A DNA stretch of 64,000 nt, taken from Paragordius varius. Its lineage: Eukaryota; Animalia; Nematomorpha. Positions 1 to 11,300 of this stretch are shown piece after piece. The position numbers and the translations under genes were made by a program. The notes under the pieces were generated by a model, which had not been told where the DNA came from, did no database searches, and saw only the letters and a list, made by a program, of their open reading frames with translations. The stretch spans positions 12,648,001 through 12,712,000 of the forward strand of contig OZ176053.1 of assembly GCA_964247055.1 (NCBI GenBank), in the 5' to 3' direction. The first letter of the stretch is position 1, and every line of letters starts with the position of its first letter.

Positions 1-1463
1 CAAATATTAAAATCCTCCGCTTTTGGTTTTTGACCGGAATAAAAAGTGGACACACTTTGTGACTGTCCATAAATGATTGACGATAATTATCACACTGCTT
101 TAAAAGTTTTTTTAGTGAAAACTAAATAATTATATTATTAAAATGTATCATAAACTTAACCATCCGTCAAAATCGGAGGTGCTGAAACATATCCTCATAA
201 AAGATATATTTGATAGATAAAAGTAACTGAATTCTATTTTTAATTCTGGGGCCTACGCGCGATATACTAACTTTTGGGGTAATGCCGATATCCTAAAATG
301 ACAAAATTAACACTTATTATGTTTGAACAAAATAAAAAATATCGCTAATATAGGTATGCTATATTTAAATAGCAAAACAGAACAATTTATTATATGTGGG
401 TTTAGAAAATTCCAAATAGTTTGCCCTTCATTAATAGGCTAGTTATTTTTATTTATGGAAGATTATGGCATTAAAAATTTTATGATTTTGAGGCATGATT
501 GAATCGGTTTATGAAGCTTTATATAATTGGATGATTTTAAACATTTCTTTCATATTTTAATCAATATTTGTTATTTTTAAAATTATGTGATAAATTGTTA
601 TTTTTAACAAAATTCACCCAAGTCAAAAACGAAGCTTTAAATAAAAATTCTGTGCAATAAATGTTTAACATCATCGAAAGAAAAATATCACAGTAAAGAG
701 GTATTCCACAATGCTTAGTACTATAAAATTTGCATCAATTTAAGCTAAGCTAAATTGTAAATGTCAAATAAAGCATATAACCTTTTGTCGAACAATATTT
801 TGTGTTTTGATCTCAAAAAATTATAACTTCCGGAGGTAACATGCAAAATATAATGCATTCAATATAGATTTAAGGTATTATTTTTTGAAATGAGGCATTT
901 AGTTTTTACCAAAAGATTCTACCATTGAGCGCAAGTTTTATCATTTCGATGTTACCACAAAAGTGGTTGAAACTTTATTGTTTCTTTTGGCAGGCCTCTG
1001 AAACTAAAAAAACCTTGAGACAAGTTGATTATCAATTCAAATTTAAAAAAATGTGTTGAAGTGTATTCAATAAAGTTTCGAATCATAGTGGTAAACGCTA
1101 AAAACATCAATGAATTATATAATTTGATTGCTTTTAAATTTTTAAATAATAATTATGCTTTTGTAAGGCTTAAAGGAGAAAAATTATCATTTGATATTCC
1201 ATGGCTTAAATGACAAAATATGCCCTAAAATTTTTTTCCATAAACAACTTAGGCAATGAAATGTTAGGTAACTCTATAAACATTTTTCAACAAATAAGCA
1301 AAAGCTATTTTTAATATATTTCCAGATTTTTAGACTGGTAATTTTAAAACATTAATTTATTTTAAATGTAATTGAAAATATAATGTTTGTTAACTTCATT
1401 TAGAATAGCAATCTATCATAAATTACATTTAAATACGACCAAATTTTAATGATAAAAGTAATA

Positions 1464-1495
1464 TTTGGCTAGTGCGACTAGCCAAAGTAGCTGGT
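1464..1495 (+). mobile_element. Helitron-like 3' end (hairpin plus CTRR)
   Basis: Perfect 9-bp stem tttggctag/ctagccaaa with a 5-nt loop (1464-1486), then CTGG|T at 1491-1495. 5' end not identified. Confidence 0.35.
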
Positions 1496-2670
1496 AAAAT
1501 TCCACTATTTGATTTTTATACCCTACACAGTTGATATAAATTGGCAAATAACTGAGGCTTTTACCCCTAACTCTCACCTCAAATACGTTATAATCTAACC
1601 ATTAATCATTCAAGCTTTTTACAAAATATCATTAAAAATTACCTTTATATTTATTAATTTTGTATTTTCTTTCAAGTAAAGTAAAACCTTAAAGTTATAT
1701 AAACCATCTTTAGCTAAAACAAAAAACTAACAATATCATCAATGGTCCGATATTCTTGGTTAAGCCGATTTTCTAAAAATAATATACAACTCCAAAAAAT
1801 TGTTGATTAATTCCATATTATTGAGTTATTTTTTTGAATATAATTTGGATCACCCGAAATATATTTAGATACTGCACATCCAATTCTAACATCTAGTAAA
1901 CAAATTCATTTGTTGGCCCATATTTTTTAAACTGGTGTTATACAAAGGCCTAAAATAAAACCTAGTCTTTGGTTCTCTTTAAGGAAAGGCCCTATTTGAA
2001 ATAATCGAACCAATCAATGTGATACAATATAAATGGCATAAAATGCGATAACAGATTGAGGATGATTAGTATTATTATCAAATATATTTAATCGACGAAA
2101 AATAGTAAAATAAATTTTAGATATTGAATAATTTTAAATAAATTATCCAAATATCAATTTCCTTATCATATTCTATAAAAACTTTCCTTGTGCAAAACTC
2201 TCATTGGACTACGGCGCATGTTCATTTAAACCGGAATAAATAATTAAAATTTATTCTATAAAAAATAATTATAATGGTTATATATGCAATTATAATTCAA
2301 AAAAATTATCCACCACAATTGACCTTTACTCAATAATGTATTTACTAATTTATGTATTTTCGATTGATTTTTCAATCTCTAATTAAAAGATAATTCAATC
2401 CTTTTAACACCTTCAAAGTCAGGTAATTATTACATAAACTATTTGAAAATTAATATCTTTTGTTTTATACTAATTTGTTAATGAAAAAAAAAAAGAAATC
2501 GATGCTTTCACCTTTTGAACTAGCAAAACAATAAATTATTATTTTATATATAACTATTAAATGCAAATTAGCTATGAATCTGTGCATAAAAATTTTCTAT
2601 AAAAGTTAAGGTTTCACAATAAAAAGTTCTTATTTTTTATTTATATATTGGAAATTTATATTCATTATCA

Positions 2671-3330
2671 ATGGTTAATGATTGCGAACATGCCGGGGAT
2701 GGCAAGAAACAAATTTGTCCCCAATGCGAATGTCCGGACGCTTGTTGCAATGTAAAATATTTTTTGGAGCTTTTTTTCTTAAACAAATAATTCATTATCA
2801 CATATTTGTATAGTGCTGCAAAACGCAGGATGGCGATAACTGTTCCACATGTAAGTGATTTTTTTAACTTTTCGAAACTTAAAAATTAATTAATATATTA
2901 CCAAGTTTTTAGTTTTAACGTTTAGTTTTATTAATTTTAAAATTGGATTTTCTTTTATGATATTTCAAAAAGGCGTCAGAGGGTAGAGAAAGATAACCTA
3001 ATAACCAAATTATTTGAGATATTTTTTTTTCTTTTTAGGCAATCATGATAGCAAATGCCATGGTTGTGCTCAAGGATGTTGCCATGTATACTTTTAACAA
3101 TTATTTATACCAATTTGAAAATTCGCTAAATTTCTGACCTTATTTTTTAGTGTTGCAACCGAGGACACGAGATCAAAGCTGGCAACGGATGCTTGAATTG
3201 TAATTTAATTGTTTAATTAGATAATCCTTTCATGAGTGTCTTTAAGGAATATATTTAAATCTATCTAGGTGGAACATGCGTCAACAGTGAAAACTGCGTG
3301 AGTGGACATTGTTTCCCTGCCGCTGCTTAA
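2671..3330 (+). CDS. Small Cys/His-rich metallothionein-like protein, 91 aa, 5 exons
   Basis: Exons 2671-2751, 2814-2850, 3039-3085, 3151-3199, 3269-3330. All introns GT-AG with consistent phases (0,1,0,1). Product MVNDCEHAGDGKKQICPQCECPDACCNCCKTQDGDNCSTCNHDSKCHGCAQGCCHCCNRGHEIKAGNGCLNCGTCVNSENCVSGHCFPAAA (21 Cys, 6 His, no signal peptide). Gene structure is strong; metallothionein function is inferred from composition. Confidence 0.85.
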
Positions 3331-4656
3331 TTTTACTCATTAACTTACCGAATCATTATAACTTTTATAGTTTTTATTTAAAATTATTTTGATAATTTTT
3401 ATTTGCTTTCAAAAATAAATGATAATTTTATTTTAAAGCTATTGTTTAGGATGGGAGAATGTCTGATTTGTGGGCTTTAGCGGGTGTCAAAAGGAGATAA
3501 GAAATTTTTTGTAATATATTTAGCGGATTATGACATCCATATAATATTTATGCTCACGCTTGTTATAGGTTAGATTTATTCATATTTGAAAATACAGTAA
3601 TGGTTTATAGACATGCTATTCCATATCTATATTAGCCGTATTCAGGAAAAATTCTCGACCCTTATAACATTTTTTATCGATATATTTTTATTTTTAAATT
3701 TATGATGCTAAATTAGGATATGTTTCTTAGGAGTGTTTATGTTCATAAGGGTAAAAGAGTGATCAATGCCTCCGATAGCTCTATATTAGTATCTGTCAAA
3801 TGTTAATTGAAAACTTGATACAATGCTGGATAATTTATTGCAAAGCTTTTAACTTAGCGTGGACACACAATGGCATTTAAGCACAAAGATTGATTTGTTA
3901 AATCTAAATTTAGCCAATATCAAGATTATATTAAAATTAGAAAGATACATATTATAAAGTGGAAAATATGTTAAACAACAGCTTACATAGGATTGTGTTG
4001 ACGGCATCCAGGAGATCACCCAAATTCTGTTTTCGCTTGGATACTTTTATTCAACTAAATCTAAGTCATATCCTCGTATATAATCTTATTTGCGATGTTT
4101 AACAGCAATTTTGCGCCTTCCTCAAAGATAAAATTAGTTATTTGCTAAATCCATTTGAGAGTTTTAAGACAGCACATAGTATTTTGTGAAGGTAAATGAA
4201 AAAAGTGTTTTTAATACTTATAATTCCTTATTGTCTTACAAATCATTTGAATAATAGTTAATTTATACATTTATTTTCAATCTCGCTGTTTCTTTTAACA
4301 CTTCTTTACCTTTTCACTTTTTATTTCCAGTATATATATTGGGTATTTATATTTTCCAAAGGTCAATTGCGAAAATAAACTAAATTAACAGTTATTTTAG
4401 ATATTATTTAAACAAATTTTGTTCTTATGAATTAGATCTAAAAGCGTTTATCTTTTACAGTTTTGTGGCTTTTAGAGTCTAAAATTGGGACAGCTTCAAA
4501 ACATGATTAGAACGCTGATATTAAATTCAACACATCAAGTTTTTGCTGGTAAAATGTGGCCTGAACGCTTTTTTCAATATACATGATTAAACAAGGATTT
4601 TAAAATTTAATGAATTTATTGATTAATGATTCAAATTTAAAATGAATTATAATATT

Positions 4657-4692
4657 ACTAGCGTATATCCCTGACTGCTACGCAGCCCTAGG
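4657..4692 (-). mobile_element. Helitron-like 3' end
   Basis: Minus strand reads ggctgc-gta-gcagtc (hairpin), 11 nt spacer, then CTAG|T, the usual Helitron 3' terminal layout. A degenerate similar motif lies near 6601-6625. Confidence 0.45.
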
Positions 4693-5179
4693 AAGTCTTT
4701 CGGATTTCTTGGGGGTAGGGCAAATATTTCGCCTTTATACGCCTAGGATCTCATAATTTTGGGGGGAATCCTCAAAAACATATTGTTCTGCTAGGGTATA
4801 AAGGCCCCCACCACACCAAATTTAAACGATCTTAACAAAAGTTTCTTCAGCAATGATCTTAATATAAAAAAAGCAATTTTGGGTGAAGGGTGCAAAAAAG
4901 GCTTTATTTTTGACATCGGGTATATTAATAAAAAAACATGTATAATTTTGTCCTTATGCTATAAAGGGGTTTGTTCACACATTTGTAAAATTCTAATATA
5001 TATATTGATGCAAAATTTGTGATGCAGTTGATCACTGTAATGAGTGTTATTTGTTCTTATGCAGTAGGTATATATGGCATACACACAATTGGATTGGATC
5101 CTCCGAAGCTGCTTTTTGAAAAAAGGGTTCAACAAAATTGTGATCCATATATGTGGATTATTTCGAATTATTATTTAAT

Positions 5180-6200
5180 ATTAATGATCTCTTAGTATTT
5201 TCAAAACGGTTTAATGGAATTTCAAATTGTGCATTCATAGATATTATCATTATGTTCCTATAAGTTCTTAAAAATATTGCTTCAAAACTAAAATGTTCTA
5301 TGGCGGCGCAAAACTTTACTTAGTGACTCAATAATCTCCTATAGTTTTTAGAAATAAATATTTTAGACCCTTATTGAAACATTTGGCTCCAAAGGCATGT
5401 TGTAATGGTGACACAGTTGTAAGCGGGTTCCCCCTAACCAGGGGAAAAACAAAAAAAGGCTTGATTAAAATTTTTGTATTAATTCGGGTAATCATCATTG
5501 ATTCCATATGCTCTCGTGAGATTTTTTGAAAAATTGCCTTAAAACCAAAACATTCTATGGTGGCGCATTTTTGGAGCAAGGGCCTTATTAAGGGGTATTT
5601 TAATAAACCGCTTAACTTATCCTTTTTACGAGTAATATATCTAGCCCTCACTCATATGGCTAAGTTTTCTATAATTTGCCTCCAGAGTTAGGCTGTATCG
5701 ATATGGTGGCTCAGTTGTAGGCGGGTAGTCCTCTTCCCAGAGGCGAATATAAAAAAGACGGGCGATAAAAATTTCTGCCTTTATAGGGGAAAACCTGGAA
5801 TCATTATTCATTCCATATGTTCTTAATATTTTTGAAAGAATGGCTTCGAATCTAAATAATAGTTCAATGATAGCGTATTTTTTGGCGTAAAGGGCCTAAT
5901 TAACTGCTAATTTAAAAAACCGCTCGACTCAAATTTTTGCTTTTTTTCGGGTAATATTTTAGGCCCTTATTAAGCTTATATGGCCCGATAAGTTTCCTGA
6001 AAAGTAAATCCTAAACAACGCAATTTCGACATGGCGCAATTTTAGGCGGGTAGCTCCCGACCCAGTGGCTGTTACAAAAAAGCGCTTAATTCAGAATTTT
6101 GCCCTTGGGAATACCTGGAATCCTCATTGAATTTTTACGGTCTCATACCTTGGGCGTAAAATAGAATCAAAAAATTATTTTTGTGGACTTTGTTTTTTGA
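5180..6200. repeat. Degenerate tandem repeat, ~260-330 bp period, 3-4 units
   Basis: Recurring anchors: ttctatgg(c/t)ggcgca (~5295, ~5553), gttgta(a/g)gcggg (~5417, ~5714, variant ~6041), aatcat..attccatatg (~5491, ~5799), aagggcct(t/a)attaa (~5578, ~5890). Confidence 0.65.
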
Positions 6201-7446
6201 AAAAATGGCATTTTACGGTGGGGAGCGGGTAAAAAGAGTGTTTAATAAAGCGAGCCGACTATGTTCGGCGCAATAAAAAGTAAAAAAATTATATTTGAAA
6301 TCGAATTGTCCCTCACGTTTCCTCAAAATTTCTAAGACACGATTTTGTAAATTTGTTTTTAAAAAAAACCGTTTTTTACACTGAGCCCGAAGGCCTGATT
6401 CAAAAAAGAGAAAAGCTATTGTCGGGGCATTCATTTATGATAATATTTTTTTGACATTAGGATTTGAATGGGTCTACCGATTTTCCGGAAACAGATCACA
6501 AAGTGCGCATTTTCGTTTTTAATAAATATATGGATTACATAATTATATATTTTATAACACAAGATTTTGCGTTCAGTCTACATATATTTTTAATAAAGCG
6601 TTGTATACCCCTGCTGTAGTACCAAAACTGCTAAAAGTTTAAATAAATTTGATGATATTAATTATAGAAACTTAAAAAGATATATTTTGTCCAAATATTT
6701 TTCTTCATATAAAAACCTAATATAATATGGATATTAACACTTCTTTTCAAGCTCATTTGTTTTATAGGGTATTTAAATTATTAGGTTGGATTTAAATTAT
6801 GAAATTAACCTATTTAGGCGCAATATTCTTATATTTTAAAAAATGTAAAGTTTTTTGAATCATCATCTACGTATATCGCCGTTTTGTGTATTTGGAATTT
6901 TTGGCTAATAAAACAGGCATATTTGCAGGCATTTATCTTTCACCAAAAAATTTTAATCAAAACAATGTGCCCAAATTTTCCCATTATATGGACAACTTAC
7001 ACAAATGTGTAAATAAATTTCTTATATTATTTTTAAGGACCAAAACCAAAAGACCATGATAATCATGTATTTTCCCACCAGAATATATATACAGGTTATA
7101 TTTTATTCCCCCGCTGATTTTGCGTTTTTAGACGTTATATAGAAATTAATAATATTGAATATTTATCAAATTAAACTTAGTAAATTATAATATATCGTCA
7201 TGTTAGCTGTTCAAAATGATTTTTCACTTTATTTATAATATGTATGGAACAACAATACATCTGTGACAAGTATTGATACATCACACCTGCTGCCTACAAT
7301 AAAAGAGGTAATCGCGCTTTTTTTAAATACATAATTTTTAAAAGATTATATGATTGCAAATCAATACGACAACTTCAATTTGGTATATTATATTATTTAT
7401 ATATTAGAAATATGTAAAATTAAATAACACAAACCAAAAATATGAA

Positions 7447-8312
7447 ATGAAACATAGAGCTTTAAATTCTAAAGGGTCGTGGTCGAAAGAGGTATGAATA
7501 TATATATTTTTACGAATATTTTGATCATAATTATATAAGAAAATTTTGTTTTTTTAGGAAGATGAGATAATTATTCGTTTAGTTAACGTTAATGGACCTA
7601 CAAAGTGGTCTCACATAGCAAAAAATCTCAAAGGGAGACTTGGCAAACAATGTCGAGAAAGGTTCTATCATTCATAAAAAAATAAATATAAGCATATTCT
7701 CTTACCATTAAATATAAATATGTTAAAGCAGGAGTTTTATTATATCTTTTGATAACTAAGAGCATCATTTATCGCTCTATTTGATTCAAAATTTTTTTAT
7801 ATATTCCAATAAATAATTTTTTAATAATATTTATATAATATCAAACCTTTTGCTTGATATTCTTGGTAGGCTGTTTTAAACTATATTTGTTACGGTTAAG
7901 TATAGTGTATTATTCGCTCATTCTTATATGCCCTCATAGTATTAAAAATTTATTATTACATTTATCATTAAAACTAAGTTGAAGATATGCCAATTTCAGA
8001 GAGTATGTTTCCCATTGTAAGTTTGTTATTATCAATAGGATATTAATTAGATTGTTTAGCACATATAGGTTACGTTAATTAAAATATTAATTACATTTGT
8101 CCATCTCTGATAAATTTTTATCCAATAATTTTGCTTAATTTATCCACTTTTTTATCTACCGTAACCCTGCCCTTAATTTTCAAATTGTAGTTTATAATTG
8201 TTAAATTTTTTCATGAGATACTTACTAGGCTTACCCAATGTTTTAAAAAATTAGTTTTAGCTTAGGTGAATTGTATTAATAGGAATTTTTACTCTTTATT
8301 TCGTAAAATTGC

Positions 8313-8347
<35 letters not shown>

Positions 8348-11300
8348 GTTTTACACTAATGGCGAGTTTAAACATCTGTTTGTCTATATGTTTTTCTTTA
8401 AAAAAATGTAAAAATAAGTAATTTTATTTTCTAAACAATTTTATATTTTTAATTAAATAAGGTGGCACAATCACTTAAATCCACTGATTAAGAAATCGGG
8501 TTGGACGACGGAAGAAGATCTCATAATATACAATGCCCACAAAGTGTTGGGTAATAAATGGGCACAAATAGCTAAATTACTTCCTGGAAGGTTTGAAATC
8601 GCTTTTGCTTTATAATATAATATATGACCCTATAAAACGAAATCTTAAATTTTTTTAATTTTTATACTGTGTAGGACTGATAATGGCATTAAAAACCATT
8701 GGAACAGTACATTGAAAAAGAAATTTGGGACGAATGATGATTCTCTCCTAGTTGCATGTAACACATACACAGAAAGCAATAGTAACCAGCCTTACATTAT
8801 ATCAAATCCATCTACCAATTTTAATAAAGGTAATTTACAAAATTTAAAGGCTAATATGCACGAGTTTTTGCCGCCTGCATCTGAAATCAAAAACATGGAA
8901 GTTACGAAAAATGAGTTGAATTCAATCGATATCGAACACAAAAGGGTCAAGATTAACCAAACAGTCAACACCTCCAAAGAACATCACAAAGTGAATGAAC
9001 GAACCCTCTTATCACATTTTGTTAAAACTGAATTTCCCGTTCATAATGTGGAAGAAATGGATATATCTTTCAATACTAATCCTACTATAACTGTATCTGA
9101 TACCAAATTTTACGTTGAAAAGTATTTTTATTGTGCTATCGATTAAAATGCTAAAGTGGGAAATTATTTTCATTAAAGTTTTGTGTGTATGAAAAAGTGT
9201 TGTTTAATGAATTGTTTGGTTTGTAAAAATGCCTTATTAAAATGAGATTAATAAATTACCTATTCTTAATATGATAATAAAATGCAAATAAAATATGTGA
9301 GTCGTGGTATAATATATAATTTTCATAGGTCTTTAGCAAGCCAACCAACATTTCTCACCAAAAACTGCAAAGAAGAAGTTTTAAATCTTGCCTCACAACA
9401 ACATATGAAATGTTACACGTTTGGGAAACATGCAATTCTCCACATGCCTGCCAAAGTCCAACAAATTGTATCCTCGTCTGAACGAAAAAAAGTATTGCCT
9501 TTAACCTCTGAAACCCTAAAAAATATACCGAAAAAGGATGTTAACAGTGGAAATCATCAAGCAAAAACAGTGGTTTTATATATTTAAATTGGATATCGAA
9601 CCTTGATTAATGTACAATAATAATGTATAATCAAGATTGTTATATAATTTTCTATGGTTTTGTTCTATTTTTTTATCAGAAACTTAAACATCATGTTTTC
9701 CTATTAATGTGTGTTTGCAAACACCAAAATAAAATATTAGCACATTGAAACCTGCACTCTTCAATATAGCTTTATTATAATTAGAACAAAACAATGAATA
9801 CATATTCATCGTATCAATCACAAATCAGTAATGCAGGAACTAACAATATTACACCATTCAAACCTTTACCATTTTCCCCATCCCATTTTTTGAATGTCCA
9901 GCAAAATGGTCATCAAATACACACTTCCTTTAATGTTTTAGATGGTACAGATACATCATTAAGGTATATTTCAATTTTTAATTATAATTTTAATTTTCAG
10001 GAAAAACGAAATACGTATATTTAACTTCCATGGTTTTTTGGGGTAGTTTTTATCCCAGAGCGATTTGAAATTCAAATATTTCAAAAAGTATTTATGGTAT
10101 TGGGCCGAATTTAACAACATGCTTTCTTTATGACGCGCATAATATACCATTTTTCATGCAAAAACATCATTTTTTCAAGCAAACGCACCATTTTTTTCAA
10201 GCAAACGCAACATTTTTTCAAGCAAAGGCAACAAATTTTCAAGCAAATGCAACATTTTTTCAAGCAAACGCAACATTTTTTCATCCAAACGCAACATTTT
10301 TTCAAGCAAACGCAACATTTCATTTTTTCATCCAAACGCAACATTTTTTCAACCAAAGACAACATTTTTTAAAGCAAAAACAACACTTTTTTTAATATTA
10401 CAAAGAATTACTATTTATTGTTAATTATAAATTATTTATTAAATTTTAAGTTAATGTAATTTATTTTTAGCGTTGAATTATGATTTTTATCGTTTTACCA
10501 TCAATATTTGATGGTAAAATTGATTTTCAAACATTTTGATTTTGCCCATAAATTGCCGTATTTATATTATTTATATTTTTCTTTCACAATTCGCCTAATC
10601 AAATTATTTAATTTGCACTTCAAGAGTGTCTTTGAAAGTTTAAAGTTGTACTTCACTTCAAGTTGGTCCTTTGACTTTTTTTGTTTTGTTTTTAACATTT
10701 ATTAATTAAATCGAAAATAATTTATTTATTTTATTGTTTTAACCTATTTTCTATTATTTAACATAAATTTTAAATCGATATCAACTTTTAATCTTTGAGA
10801 AACCGTATATTAATTTCGTAAAATAATTTTAGATATTTATAACACGAAAAAAAATATATGAGTTTTATGGGGTTATTAAAAAATTTTCATTAAAAACATT
10901 AAAAGTTAATAATTTTGTTCAATTAATAAAAATATTTTGAAACAAAAAAATGGTTTTTCAATAAAATTTTTAATTTTTAAATGGATTAATATATAATAAA
11001 TAAAGAAAATTAGGTTATTATATAATAATATTAAAAATAAATGCAAAAATTAGGGTAAAACAAAATTTATATATTTTAAGGACCAACTTAAAGAGTATAA
11101 AGACCAACTTGAAATGTTCAAGGACCAACTTGAAATGTGCAAGGACCAACTTGAAGTGTTCAAAGACACTCTTGAAGTGCAAATTAAATAATTTGATTAG
11201 GCGAATTGTGAAAGAAAAATATAAATAATATAAATACGGCAATTTATGGGCAAAATCAAAATGTTTGAAAATCAATTTTACCATCAAACGATAAAAATCA

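Noticed and set aside
6400-7200. CHR (TTTGAA) and E2F-like motifs upstream of Myb
   Set aside because: Short AT-rich motifs expected by chance, and the TSS is unknown.
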